A program made the translations under genes and the position numbers. DNA of 64,000 bases from Patescibacteria group bacterium (GTDB lineage Bacteria; Patescibacteriota; Minisyncoccia; Portnoybacterales; UBA2143): the NCBI GenBank assembly GCA_018830295.1, contig JAHJSM010000001.1, positions 321,980-385,979 of the forward strand, given 5' to 3'. Shown in pieces: positions 19,491-29,212 of the stretch (position 1 is its first letter; every line of letters starts with the position of its first letter). The notes under the pieces are model-generated. The model did not search any database. It saw only the letters and a program-made list of their open reading frames with translations, and was not told where the DNA came from.

Positions 19491-20768
19491 TTACTCAACT
19501 TCCCGCCAATTCTCGGCGCGGCGGCTGCCTCCTGGTCCGCTGGTGAAATTAACATTTTCTAAGCCCGTTTCATAACTAATAACCGCGTTGTTATCTAAAG
19601 CAATCTGGTAGGCGGTCGCTTCTCTGATTAAAATATTGTTATGCAAATGGATTAGGCCTTGCGAAGCGTAGAAAATCGCTCCCTGGGCGTTATTACTCAC
19701 ATCAACGGCTGGACTAGCTATATCCAAAGAATTATTAGTAGAAAGAAGCATAATAAAGCTTCCTTCTTGTCCCGAGCCCTGTAAATTGGCGTTGTTTCCC
19801 ACAGTAATTCTGCCATCGCTAATAATTATTCCGCTCGTTGAGCCAAAACTATCGTCTAATTTAACTGTCGCTTTATTTCTGATAATAATATCTCCTTCCA
19901 CATAAATCAATCCCGTAATGTTCAAAATAGAACTGTTGTCAATAATCATATTACCCGTAATTTTAATCGGTCCTAAAGAATCCGCTCCTCCATCAAGAAG
20001 GTAATCGCCAGAAAATGTTTCGCTCTCCGCCCCGTCGTTTTTCCAATTGTCTATTTGCTCTTGAGAAATAGGTAGGTCTTTGGCTTCAATTTCATTAGGT
20101 CCCATATCTTCAGAACTTCCGTAATCGCAATTAACAATACTGCCGCCTGAAACATAGTGGAGAACGCCCGTAATGTCAGAGTCCTGACAGGAATGCGTAT
20201 AAAGATCACCTCCGACATTAACGCTGTCAATTTTGTTTCCATTAATGGCGATCGTGACTGTGTCGGTTATTTCGCTTACCCCTCCTCCGAGCGGGAGAAT
20301 ACTTCCATTAGAAAAAACGTTGCCTTCAACGCGGCTATTATTGCCCATAATCATTCCTCCTTCGCCGACTTGAGCGCCATAAAAGAAAGAAACATCATCG
20401 GTCGTCACAAGATAAGCAACGCTTAGTTTTCTAATTCGTCCGTCGGCGTTGCCTCGCGAAGTTATTGTTTGAGAGCCGCCGATTAAATCCGATATTTCAA
20501 CAACGGTTGAATTGTTTTCTACTGATAAACTATTTGGGCTGGGAAAAAGCATTCCTTCTTTGAGGCGCAGCAAACTATCTTCAAGGCCTGATTCGGCGGC
20601 GTAATAACTTTCAATTGATTTGATTTTATCCCGCGCGCTAATCAAACTATTAAACGCTGAAAAACTTAAGCCAGAACCAACAATTAAGCCGATTGATAAA
20701 ATCAGCATAATGCTTAACAACAAAGCCCCTCCTTTTTCTCGCGCGTTTATTTTTATTATTTTAGTCAT
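19491..20768 (-). CDS. PilX-like minor pilin/adhesin with C-terminal beta-helix-like region
   Basis: 'KGGALL' prepilin-like start, 'YYAAESGLED.L' PilX motif; start set at MTKII. Confidence 0.7.
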   Translation of the reverse strand: MTKIIKINAREKGGALLLSIMLILSIGLIVGSGLSFSAFNSLISARDKIKSIESYYAAESGLEDSLLRLKEGMLFPSPNSLSVENNSTVVEISDLIGGSQTITSRGNADGRIRKLSVAYLVTTDDVSFFYGAQVGEGGMIMGNNSRVEGNVFSNGSILPLGGGVSEITDTVTIAINGNKIDSVNVGGDLYTHSCQDSDITGVLHYVSGGSIVNCDYGSSEDMGPNEIEAKDLPISQEQIDNWKNDGAESETFSGDYLLDGGADSLGPIKITGNMIIDNSSILNITGLIYVEGDIIIRNKATVKLDDSFGSTSGIIISDGRITVGNNANLQGSGQEGSFIMLLSTNNSLDIASPAVDVSNNAQGAIFYASQGLIHLHNNILIREATAYQIALDNNAVISYETGLENVNFTSGPGGSRRAENWREVE

Positions 20769-21294
20769 TGCGTAAATTGGCTGAAGAAACCAATGTGGTT
20801 GTCGCTTGGTAAGCGATTTTTCCACTTGGGCTGTTATAGGCGGCTGATAGTTCGATTCTAATCGATTCGCCTCCGCTGGTTGTTAAACGGCTAAACGATA
20901 AATTATTTATTTTAATATTTTCCGCGGTGAGTGCTTCTGCTTCAACACCTTCTCTTTTTAAGCAAATCCGATTGTTTTCGTCTAAATAAAAATCAAGATA
21001 AGTTATTTCTTCGCCAAAAGGAGCGTTTTCAGTCGTTTTCAAAGAGAGTTGGCCTGGATGGCTGTCAAAAAAACTGGTTGATGAGTATACATCTTGAGCG
21101 CGTCTAATCTCCCAAAGCATTATTTCCATAGATCGTTGGCTATTTTCCAAAACTTCTCTGCTAATTCTAATTTTCGCTTGGACATTAATTAAATTAAAAA
21201 CAAATAAAGTCAGCAAACTAACCACAATACCTAAAACGGCCACATAAATAATCAGTTCAATTAAAGTAAATCCTTTTTTGTTGTTCATTTCCAA
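20761..21294 (-). CDS. Type IV minor pilin (PilW-like)
   Basis: KKGFTLIE prepilin cleavage/methylation motif. Confidence 0.85.
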   Translation of the reverse strand: MEMNNKKGFTLIELIIYVAVLGIVVSLLTLFVFNLINVQAKIRISREVLENSQRSMEIMLWEIRRAQDVYSSTSFFDSHPGQLSLKTTENAPFGEEITYLDFYLDENNRICLKREGVEAEALTAENIKINNLSFSRLTTSGGESIRIELSAAYNSPSGKIAYQATTTLVSSANLRND

Positions 21295-21761
21295 TTGGTT
21301 AGATAAGTTGTTAGATTAATTTGTTCCGTTTTTTCTCGGTTATTCCACTCAACCGTAGCCGTTATTTTTTTAGTTAGAAAATCTTCCGCGCCTAAGGAAC
21401 CAATATTGTCATTCGCGTCTCTATAAACCCTTTCCAAAACAAACCAACGATCGTAAATTCCATTAATTGAACCAGGGTTAGTTGGGGTTAATGTCCATTT
21501 ATTTTCCGAAATAATCGGGTAATATCTTGTTTCAAAAGACAAATTGGCGAGATTGTCCCAATTTTCGTCTCGCGCGGCGCGAACAGCTTCTATTGTTTCA
21601 CTAGCTAAGCCGCTTGCTTCTATTTTCGCTTGACTCTCTTCTTGAATTTTTAGACCGAATTTGGCCAATTCCAAAAACCCCCAAAAAGCCGTAGTAATGA
21701 CAGCCAAACTAACAATCACTTCAATCATACCAATCCCTTTTTGTTGTTTGTAATTTTTCAT
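21285..21761 (-). CDS. Type IV minor pilin (PilV-like)
   Basis: KGIGMIE prepilin motif; 'KKITATVEW' C-terminal strand. Confidence 0.8.
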   Translation of the reverse strand: MKNYKQQKGIGMIEVIVSLAVITTAFWGFLELAKFGLKIQEESQAKIEASGLASETIEAVRAARDENWDNLANLSFETRYYPIISENKWTLTPTNPGSINGIYDRWFVLERVYRDANDNIGSLGAEDFLTKKITATVEWNNREKTEQINLTTYLTNWK

Positions 21762-22636
21762 TGCGCTTTAATAGTTCCTCCGTAGACGCCGACAGAAATT
21801 TCTCCTTCGGCTGTATAGGAAATGATGTCTTTACCGTCCATGAGAACTTGCAAGGGCTTGTTATTTGTATCTTGAGCGCGGTGAACGCAGAGTGTCGTCT
21901 CAAACGCGTCTAAAAAATGCGTGTGAATGCGCAATTCTTGATTTTCTCCATTAACATCAATTGATCCCGACCAGTCAAATTCTGTCTGGTCTAAATTAAA
22001 ATAGTCAGCCATAGCGATATTAACTGTTTTTTCTGGTGTATCCGGGAAATACAACGACAAAACAGAGGCGCCCTGGATGCTCCAAATTAATTCTGAATGA
22101 ATGTGTCTAGTATCAGTTAATCTATTAGCGATACAGCAAGCGTCAAGAATTGTTCCTAATTCAACTTGTCCAGAAGGGTGAATATTGATGGTTTTATTTT
22201 CGTCTGGTTGGGAAATAATTCTTAATTCAACAACGCCGCCTTGTTGAGTGGTTCCGCTGATTCGTTGAAAGACAGTGCTGCTTGCCGCGCCAGTCAAATC
22301 AATATTATAGATTTCTAAACGAGATGGTAATTGATAGACCTTATTATCACCCGCTTCTTCTTGATAGACATCTCCTTTGAATAAAATATATTTATCCTGT
22401 TCAAAATGTATTCCATATTGAGAAGCGTCCTCCGAAGCCAAGGTCTTAGTTCTAGCAAGCTCAAGAATAGTTAAAATATTTTGGCTATGGTTTTGCAATT
22501 CTGTCTTTCTCTCAAAAAGACGAAACCCAACAACAGCCATGCCAATCAAAATCCCCGCAATCCCCAAAACAACCAAAACTTCAACCAGCGAAAAACCACT
22601 ATTATCTACAAAATAATTTTTATTTTTTTTAATCAT
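21758..22636 (-). CDS. Type IV minor pilin (FimT/GspH-like) with C-terminal extension
   Basis: SGFSLVE prepilin motif; 'L.LART....YGIHF'. Confidence 0.8.
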   Translation of the reverse strand: MIKKNKNYFVDNSGFSLVEVLVVLGIAGILIGMAVVGFRLFERKTELQNHSQNILTILELARTKTLASEDASQYGIHFEQDKYILFKGDVYQEEAGDNKVYQLPSRLEIYNIDLTGAASSTVFQRISGTTQQGGVVELRIISQPDENKTINIHPSGQVELGTILDACCIANRLTDTRHIHSELIWSIQGASVLSLYFPDTPEKTVNIAMADYFNLDQTEFDWSGSIDVNGENQELRIHTHFLDAFETTLCVHRAQDTNNKPLQVLMDGKDIISYTAEGEISVGVYGGTIKAQ

Positions 22637-23856
22637 ACGCTTCCCATCATTGAGTACATCGGCTGGATCATCGAAACGGCGAAGAAACCGACAGCGGCTC
22701 CGACAACTAACATAATAATTGGCTCAATGATTGAGGAGAGATTTTTTGTAATATTATCTATTTCTTCCTCGTAAAAATCGGCTAAATTATTTAAAATACC
22801 CGCCAAATCGCCTGTTTTCTCGCCGACGCTAGTCATTTGGATAATCATTGGCGCGTAAAGGTTTGTATAGCATGACAGGGTTTCGCTTAATTCTTTCCCC
22901 TTTTTTACTTGTTGCGCGGAAGCGATGAGGGATTCTTTGAAGTATAAATTAGATAAAGTCCCAGCCGTTATTTCCAGCGATTTTACGATCGCCACTCCGC
23001 TTTCAACCAAAGAGCTGAAATTTCGAGCGAATCTGGCGGAATTAATTTTTCTGGAAAGGGAGCCGAAAATAGGCAGATGCAAGATAATATTGTGCAGAAA
23101 TTTTTTGACAGATTTAATTCTCATTGATAATCGCGCGAAAAAAATAAAAACAGATAAAAAAATAAAACTAAAAATAAGATTGTGCTGTAAAAAATTGCTC
23201 ACGCCGATAATGACTCGCGTGCTGAGCGGCAATTCTATTTTCATTTCAACGAAGACCTCCGTTAGTTTCGGAACCACCACAATCATCATAATAATTCCGA
23301 TGCCGATCATAGCTGCGATAATGACCGCGGGATAAATCATCGCTCCCCTAACCCTGCTAATTAAATCATGGTCTTTTTTCATCTGTTCAGCGAGGCTTCG
23401 AAGAATTTCATTGAGATTCCCGCTTGTCTCGCCGATTTTAACCATATTCACATACAAATCGTTAAAAACGCCAGAATGTTTCGCGAGCGATTCGCTAAAT
23501 GATTTTCCTTGCTGAATGTCTGTCGCGACTTGGTTGATGATTTTTTTAAATTTGGGGCTTTTTGTTTGTTGCGCCAAAACATCAAGCGCTTGGTTAAGAG
23601 AGAGACCGGCTTTAATCATAATCGCGAGATTTCGGCTGAACATCATTTTTTCAACTAACGAAATGTGCCCAAATTGTTCAACAAATTTTTTAAAATTAAA
23701 TCGGTCGGTCGTTTCTTCAATTTCGGCCAATTTAGCTGAAATCAAAACAAGCCCTTGTTTTCGCAAAAAGGCGGCTAATTCATAATCGTTCGCCGCTTCC
23801 GATTGACCCGCCTCGGTCTCACCCTCTTTGGTTTTAGCGGTGTAGATGTAAAGCAT
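22633..23856 (-). CDS. pilC: Type IV pilus platform protein PilC (GspF family)
   Basis: Two GspF domains, 'AMIYP', 'GEKTG.L', 'IEP'. Confidence 0.92.
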   Translation of the reverse strand: MLYIYTAKTKEGETEAGQSEAANDYELAAFLRKQGLVLISAKLAEIEETTDRFNFKKFVEQFGHISLVEKMMFSRNLAIMIKAGLSLNQALDVLAQQTKSPKFKKIINQVATDIQQGKSFSESLAKHSGVFNDLYVNMVKIGETSGNLNEILRSLAEQMKKDHDLISRVRGAMIYPAVIIAAMIGIGIIMMIVVVPKLTEVFVEMKIELPLSTRVIIGVSNFLQHNLIFSFIFLSVFIFFARLSMRIKSVKKFLHNIILHLPIFGSLSRKINSARFARNFSSLVESGVAIVKSLEITAGTLSNLYFKESLIASAQQVKKGKELSETLSCYTNLYAPMIIQMTSVGEKTGDLAGILNNLADFYEEEIDNITKNLSSIIEPIIMLVVGAAVGFFAVSMIQPMYSMMGSV

Positions 23857-23860
23857 AATT

Positions 23861-25609
23861 CTATTCTTTCGTTACTCTTAGAATTTCCTCAATAGAAGTT
23901 AGACCCTGCGCTGCCTTAATCATTCCGTCTTCAAGCATCGTGAGCATTCCCTCTTTTTGGGCTTGTTCTTGAATATTATCCGCGTCGGCTTCTTTTACGA
24001 TTAAGTCCTTAATCGCTTCGCTCACTTCAAGAACTTCAAAAATACCGACTCTTCCTTTGTATCCCTCGTCGTTTTTTTCCGTCTTGCCTGGACGATAAAA
24101 TTCTATGTCCGTCCAGTCATAATTCGGCTTGATAATTTTTTCTTTTTTTAGAACCTTAAGAATTTTGCTCATATCAAATTCTTTTTCTAAACTTTTAATT
24201 TCATCTTGGCTTAGGGTGTATTTTTTCTTGGTTTCGGGAATAAGGCGGCGAACTAGCCGTTTGGCGATAATAATATTTGTCGTTGAAGCGATTAAAAACG
24301 GCTCGGCGCCCATATCAATCAGGCGCGGGAAAGAGCCGGCGGCGCTGTTGGTGTGCAGCGTGGAAAGAACTAAGTGGCCGGTCAAAGCGGCGTTAATCGC
24401 GAGACCTGCCGTTTCTTCGTCTCTAATTTCCCCGACTAAAATAATGTCTGGGTCCTGGCGAACTAAAGCGCGCAATCCATTGGCGAACGAAAGACCGATT
24501 TGGGGCATGACCTGCGTTTGGTTGATTCTTGGCATGCGATATTCAATTGGGTCTTCTACACTTGAGATATTAACGCCTGGTTCGTTAAGAATATCCATAA
24601 TTGTGTAAAGGGCGGTTGTCTTGCCGCAACCAGTTGGTCCGGTAACTAAAATTAATCCATTTGGTTTTTTAACGCTCTGGTGAACCTTTTCCAATGCTTC
24701 GCCTCTCAACCCTAATTTTTCCAAAGTCAGACCCTTGGCGTCTTCGGGCAACAACCGCAAGACAATTTTTTCGCCGTCATAAACGGGCAGAATTGAGACC
24801 CTAAAAGATATTTTGTAATCCTTGGTTTCAATTTTGAAGCGACCATCTTGAGGTAGGCGATGTTCGTCTAATTTTAGATTTGACAAAACTTTGATGCGGG
24901 CGACAACGCCAGAAGTAATGTTTTTAGGAAGAGTCATTGCGTCATGTAAGATGCCGTCAATTCGATAGCGGACAATAACTTCTTTTTCAAGTGGTTCTAT
25001 GTGAATATCCGAGGCCTGCTGTAAAATAGCATGCTTTAAAAGGGTCTCGACAATTTTAATAATCGGCATTTGTTCAGCTGCTTCCTTAAGGTCTTTGTGG
25101 CTTTCTTCTTTCCCTTTTTCAGGCAAGATGGCTATTTCGGCCTCTTTTTTAATTAAATCGCTAAACTCCGCTTTGAGCGTTTTTTGGTATTGCGCGAGAG
25201 CGTTCTTGATACTAATAGGATTAGTTAGCCGCGGTAGAATTTTAAGGTCGGATTTTTTCTTAATAAATTCAATTGTTTGAATATCCTCCGGATTTAGCAT
25301 CGCTACCTCCAATTCTCTGCCTTTCTTTCTAAAAGCGATAATGTTATGTCTCCGCGCAATAGGTTCGGGGATGATTTGAAGAATTTCATCAGGGATGGTC
25401 TCTTTTTCTAAATTGACGAAAGGAATTCCCAAAATGTACGCTTCTAATCTAATTAATTGTTCTTGGGTGATTAATTTTTCTTTAACCAAAAAATGGGCCA
25501 ATTGTTCTTTGGTTTCTTTTGCTTTTTTTTCGGCCTCCTTTAAATTTTCTTTAGCGATCAATCCTGCGTCAAGAATAAAGGCCTTTAATTGCGAATCTTC
25601 AACATGCAT
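23861..25609 (-). CDS. pilB: Type IV pilus assembly ATPase PilB (GspE family)
   Basis: 'ASDIHIEP', 'RLPQDGR', 'GPTGCGKTT', 'RQDPDIILVGEIRD', 'TGHLVLSTLHTN'. Confidence 0.93.
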   Translation of the reverse strand: MHVEDSQLKAFILDAGLIAKENLKEAEKKAKETKEQLAHFLVKEKLITQEQLIRLEAYILGIPFVNLEKETIPDEILQIIPEPIARRHNIIAFRKKGRELEVAMLNPEDIQTIEFIKKKSDLKILPRLTNPISIKNALAQYQKTLKAEFSDLIKKEAEIAILPEKGKEESHKDLKEAAEQMPIIKIVETLLKHAILQQASDIHIEPLEKEVIVRYRIDGILHDAMTLPKNITSGVVARIKVLSNLKLDEHRLPQDGRFKIETKDYKISFRVSILPVYDGEKIVLRLLPEDAKGLTLEKLGLRGEALEKVHQSVKKPNGLILVTGPTGCGKTTALYTIMDILNEPGVNISSVEDPIEYRMPRINQTQVMPQIGLSFANGLRALVRQDPDIILVGEIRDEETAGLAINAALTGHLVLSTLHTNSAAGSFPRLIDMGAEPFLIASTTNIIIAKRLVRRLIPETKKKYTLSQDEIKSLEKEFDMSKILKVLKKEKIIKPNYDWTDIEFYRPGKTEKNDEGYKGRVGIFEVLEVSEAIKDLIVKEADADNIQEQAQKEGMLTMLEDGMIKAAQGLTSIEEILRVTKE

Positions 25610-25626
25610 AAGTAAAATTAAAAATT

Positions 25627-25992
25627 TTACTTTAAAACTTCTTCTATTTTCTTAACAATCTCGCTTAGCTCATAGTTGGCCTTGACTAAGTAGGTTTTGG
25701 CTCCCAGCGAAATGGCTTTTTCAACATCCACACTTCCCTCTAAGTTAGTTAAAACGATAACAGGAATGTTTTTAGTCGCTTCGTCTCTTTGAAGTTCTTC
25801 AAGAACTTCAAAGCCATTCATTTTAGGCAGAATTAGATCAAGAAGAATTATATCTGGCTGAAATTTCTTGGCCATTTTAATACCCAGCTCGCCATCCATA
25901 GCGCCTTTTATTTCATAGCCGGAGTTTTCTAAAAACTTATCAACTGTCTTTTGCAAAGTTGGCTCATCCTCAATGAAAAGAATTTTTTTCAT
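25627..25992 (-). CDS. Single-domain response regulator (CheY-like)
   Basis: 'ILFIEDE', 'PDIILLDLILP', 'IPVIVLTN', 'YLVK'. Confidence 0.9.
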   Translation of the reverse strand: MKKILFIEDEPTLQKTVDKFLENSGYEIKGAMDGELGIKMAKKFQPDIILLDLILPKMNGFEVLEELQRDEATKNIPVIVLTNLEGSVDVEKAISLGAKTYLVKANYELSEIVKKIEEVLK

Positions 25993-26062
25993 AAAATATA
26001 ATACTAATCTACAAATTTATTCGAATATTGCGAATAAATCATTCGCGCTATTCGCATTTCAT

Positions 26063-27049
26063 TCATAAATTCGCATTTTGTTTAATTTGTTTTTTGTTTA
26101 CAATTGGCAATTCAAACCAAAAAGTTGTTCCTTTATTTTCTTGACTCTTAAATCCCATTTTCCCCTTTGAGGCGTTAATGATGGATTTTGCGATAAAAAG
26201 GCCCAATCCCGTTCCCTGGGTTTGATACTTCATAACATTTTGGCTTCGGAAGAATTTTTGAAAAATTCTTTTTTGGTCATCTTTAGGAATTCCCACCCCT
26301 TGGTCTTGAATTTCGTATCTAATAAAATTTCCTTTTTCGGTTAGTCGGATTTTTACATCTCCTCCCCCTTTGGTGTATCTAATCGCGTTATCCATTAAAT
26401 TTCGTAAAACTAATTCTATCCCTTGGCGGTCGGTAAAAGCGGGCTTTAAATTTTTTTTAAATGTGAAAAACAATTTAACATTGTTGGCTTTTGAAAATTC
26501 TTTATATTCCTTAACTAAATCCTGAATAATTTTTTCTAAATGAACGGGTCCTGGCTCCATATTCAACCGTCCCTGTTCAACGCGAGAGATATTAAGGAGA
26601 TCGTTGACCAAGTTTATCATCCGCTGATTGTTTTCTTCAATCATTTCCAATTTTCTGTTTTGCTCGCCTGTCAAAGGAAATGTCGTCTCATTCTTCATTA
26701 AGTTAATTGTCCACTTAATGCCCGTCAATGGCGTTCTTAATTGATGTGAAGCGATGCTGACAAATTCTGTTTTTAATCGGTTGGCCTCAACCAATCTTTC
26801 AAATCCCTGAACAATCAAATAGTTGAAGATCATTAGGACGGCGGCCATGGCGAGAACAATCAAAGCGACAATCTCGGGGCTGGCATATTTGATCGCGACA
26901 ACATAAGTGCTAATTGTGACAATTAAAGTTACTATACCTGTTAGAAAAGTTAAAAAACTGGGACATTGCCAAATGCTTAAATTATATTTTTGACACTGTT
27001 TGGAGAAATTAAATTGCTCGCAAACATTTTTTAAAATTGTATTTTCCAT
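26063..27049 (-). CDS. Sensor histidine kinase
   Basis: Two TM helices, H-box 'SHQLRTPL', N-box 'NLMDNAIRY', G boxes 'DQGVGI' and 'GTGLGL'. Confidence 0.92.
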   Translation of the reverse strand: MENTILKNVCEQFNFSKQCQKYNLSIWQCPSFLTFLTGIVTLIVTISTYVVAIKYASPEIVALIVLAMAAVLMIFNYLIVQGFERLVEANRLKTEFVSIASHQLRTPLTGIKWTINLMKNETTFPLTGEQNRKLEMIEENNQRMINLVNDLLNISRVEQGRLNMEPGPVHLEKIIQDLVKEYKEFSKANNVKLFFTFKKNLKPAFTDRQGIELVLRNLMDNAIRYTKGGGDVKIRLTEKGNFIRYEIQDQGVGIPKDDQKRIFQKFFRSQNVMKYQTQGTGLGLFIAKSIINASKGKMGFKSQENKGTTFWFELPIVNKKQIKQNANL

Positions 27050-27114
27050 TGCTTTAAATTATATCACAAATTTAAAAAACAATCTATCAACAGCAAAGAT
27101 AGGTCTCGATTTCG

Positions 27115-27330
27115 TAATTAAAGGTCAGACCTTTCAAAACTGAAAAGGTCTGACATCACGAGTAGCGACATTTCTTAAGGTCGCGCTCGAGAGGTCGGAC
27201 CTTTGGAACCCGACGAAAGACTTTCTTAACTGCGCAAAATCAAGGTCAGACCTTCTGAGCGAAACCTTAAGAAAGGTCTCTACTCCGAATGTCTGACCTT
27301 GTCGCAGGATAAAGGTCTGACCTTTAATTA
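27115..27330. mobile_element. Family B MITE/REPIN-like element, double-core form
   Basis: Perfect 20-bp terminal IR TAATTAAAGGTCAGACCTTT; two inverted copies of core GAGTAGCGACATTTCTTAAGGTCGCGCTC inside; no ORF. Confidence 0.8.
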
Positions 27331-27371
27331 AATTGACTTCTCTTGTGTATTTATCTACAATACCATCACAT

Positions 27372-27445
27372 CGGGGCGTGGCCTAGCGGCTTAGGGCGCG
27401 GCGCTTGGGTCGCCGAGATCGCAGGTTCAAATCCTGTCGCCCCGA
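27372..27445 (+). tRNA. tRNA-Pro(TGG)
   Basis: CGGGGCG/CGCCCCG acceptor stem, CGGCG-ctTGGgt-CGCCG anticodon arm, GGTTCAAATCC T-loop. Confidence 0.95.
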
Positions 27446-27464
27446 CTTGGTTTTAGCGGGCTTG

Positions 27465-27489
27465 CCCGCCGAAGCCTTGCGAAGGCGGG
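27465..27489. repeat. CCCGCCGAAGCCTTGCGAAGGCGGG palindromic repeat overlapping the tRNA-Gly 5' end
   Basis: CCCGCC/GGCGGG outer stem with alternative GCCTT/AAGGC pairing. Confidence 0.55.
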
Positions 27490-27556
27490 TATCGTATAGT
27501 GGCTATTACCACAGATTTCCAATCTGTTGACGCGGGTTCGATTCCCGCTACCCGCT
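27485..27556 (+). tRNA. tRNA-Gly(TCC)
   Basis: GCGGGTA/TACCCGC acceptor stem, ACAGA-ttTCCaa-TCTGT anticodon arm. Confidence 0.95.
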
Positions 27557-27609
27557 CATGATTTTTCTCAAAATTTGACAAAATTTTTTGATTTATCTAA
27601 TATATAAAT

Positions 27610-27861
27610 ATGCTTACAGGATATATTTCACAAAAACTAAATAAAGCGCAATATAAGATTTTAGAAGACGGGGTTTATTTTGGAGAAATTCCAGGACTAA
27701 AAGGCGTCTGGGCTTCAGAGAAAAACTTAGAAGAATGCCGCGAAACCCTCCGTGAGGTATTGGAAGAGTGGTTGATTTTGAAATTGCAAGACGGAGATAA
27801 AATTCCAGATTTTCCAAAAGCAAAAGCTGCTCATAGATCTCCTATTTTAAGACATGCCTAA
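27610..27861 (+). CDS. hicB: HicB family antitoxin
   Basis: 'Y.ILEDG.YFGEIPGL.GVWA....LEEC...L.EVLEEW' HicB motif; overlaps the downstream hicA. Confidence 0.85.
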   Translation: MLTGYISQKLNKAQYKILEDGVYFGEIPGLKGVWASEKNLEECRETLREVLEEWLILKLQDGDKIPDFPKAKAAHRSPILRHA

Positions 27862-28066
27862 AAATATCTCCTGGAGAAAATTAGTTAAGAATTTCAGGAA
27901 ACTTGGTTTTGACGGTCCATACAGCGGCGGCAAACATCAGTTTATGGCAAAAGATTCTTTAAAAGTTCATATCCCATCTAAACATCAAGGCGATATCAGC
28001 GCGGGATTAGTCAGTGAAATTCTCCGTCAAGCAGGAATAAATAAAAAAGAATGGGATAAATTTTAA
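27854..28066 (+). CDS. hicA: HicA family mRNA interferase toxin
   Basis: 'L.KLGF.GP..GGKH.FM.K....V.IP..H..DI..GL..EILRQAGI'. Confidence 0.88.
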   Translation: MPKNISWRKLVKNFRKLGFDGPYSGGKHQFMAKDSLKVHIPSKHQGDISAGLVSEILRQAGINKKEWDKF

Positions 28067-28127
28067 TTTCATAACCAACAAGAGCAATAAAAAGGTGAGG
28101 AATTCCTTGCCTTTTTTAATTTGATTC

Positions 28128-28202
28128 AAGGACACCCCTTGCCAAAGAAAATACAACTGAAATTTATATTTTAAATGAACAAAGTTGGAAAGGGGTGTCC
28201 TT
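28128..28202. repeat. Inverted repeat element with AAGGACACCCCTT arms
   Basis: 18-bp IR with one mismatch around an AT-rich spacer. Confidence 0.6.
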
Positions 28203-28318
28203 TTCTTGACACAACTATTGACAAGTTATTGTTTTTGTGCTAATTTGGGGGTGGTTGTAATGGAGTTTATGGGAGCAAAGAATTGTTATTTAACATAAAA
28301 ACATAGAGGAGGGGGGAT

Positions 28319-28636
28319 ATGAAGCCAACGAGGATAACTATAGGCGGGACAATATTTATTGTCCTTATGCTGTCTTTGTTTATAGGAATTTGTTTTGATG
28401 TAGAAATAGCAAAGGCAAGATACGAACTACAGCAAATATCGCAAGAAAAATCTGAAAAACCTTATGATGATGATGGTCTGGGGATGATGATAATAAAGGA
28501 ATGGAACACCTGTCTTATAAAAGAGGGATATCTTCAATGGAAAAAAGACTATCCTGAACGGGCAAAAAAAATTATCAGCATCGCTGTTAGCGGGGGTGGA
28601 AGTAATTATTTTATGTTGATTTATGAAACGGAATAG
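28319..28636 (+). CDS. Small orphan membrane-anchored protein
   Basis: N-terminal TM; strong SD GAGGAGGGGGG; TTGACA upstream and long hairpin downstream. Confidence 0.65.
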   Translation: MKPTRITIGGTIFIVLMLSLFIGICFDVEIAKARYELQQISQEKSEKPYDDDGLGMMIIKEWNTCLIKEGYLQWKKDYPERAKKIISIAVSGGGSNYFMLIYETE

Positions 28637-28653
28637 GCGCGTAACGCAAAAAC

Positions 28654-28709
28654 AAAAACCGATGGTTGTGGTGTTGAAGTAAAACACCAAAAACAACCAT
28701 CGGTTTTTT
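28654..28709 (+). terminator. Long-stem terminator
   Basis: AAAAACCGATGGTTG...CAACCATCGGTTTTT with inner TGGTGTT/AACACCA stem. Confidence 0.7.
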
Positions 28710-28715
28710 AATTTG

Positions 28716-28755
28716 CGGAGGTTCAACCTCCGAATGAATCCGGGGGCAGCCCCCG
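28716..28755. repeat. Two single odd-centred palindromes (CGGAGGTT-C-AACCTCCG and CGGGGGC-A-GCCCCCG)
   Basis: Direct reading; the second is the family C unit. Confidence 0.7.
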
Positions 28756-28776
28756 CAAAGATGCCCCCGAAGACAA

Positions 28777-28808
28777 AATAAAATCCCGATTTAATCGGGA
28801 TTTTATTT
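28777..28808 (-). terminator. Bidirectional terminator downstream of hup
   Basis: AAATAAAATCCCGAT/ATCGGGATTTTATTT. Confidence 0.7.
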
Positions 28809-28828
28809 ATGCTTTTGAAAGCGGTTCT

Positions 28829-29098
28829 TTACTTCACTGCGTCTTTTAACGCTTTGCCTGCTTTGAATTTCGGAACTGTTGTCGCGGCGATTTGAAGTTT
28901 TTCGCCGGTTCTTGGGTTGACTCCCATGCGGGCGGCTCTTTTTGAAACGCTGAATTTTCCAAAACCGGTCAAAACCACATCATTGCCTTTTGATAACGCG
29001 CTCGTGATAGTGTCGAGCATCGCGTTAACCGCTTCTGACGCTTCTTTTTTTGAACAGCAGTTGCCAGCAACCGCTTCAATTAATTCATCTTTAGTCAT
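28829..29098 (-). CDS. hup: DNA-binding protein HU
   Basis: 'MTKDELI', 'GFGKF....RAARMG.NPRTGE...I....VPKFKAGK.LKDAV'. Confidence 0.97.
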   Translation of the reverse strand: MTKDELIEAVAGNCCSKKEASEAVNAMLDTITSALSKGNDVVLTGFGKFSVSKRAARMGVNPRTGEKLQIAATTVPKFKAGKALKDAVK

Positions 29099-29212
29099 TT
29101 TATATTAGCGAATAGCGGATAGTGAACAGCGAACAAAATTATTCACCGTCCATTGTCCATTATTCGTTTTTAATTACTTTCTCGACCTTTGCTTATTCTA
29201 ACAACTAAACTG

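Noticed and set aside
27115-27330. Possible CRISPR array from recurring AAGGTC-N-GACCTT units
   Set aside because: Units alternate in orientation, spacing is irregular, the spacers are themselves repeated elsewhere, and no cas genes are present.
27557-28760. Prophage or integrative island downstream of tRNA-Gly
   Set aside because: Only hicBA and one orphan gene are present; no integrase and no duplicated tRNA 3' end were found.
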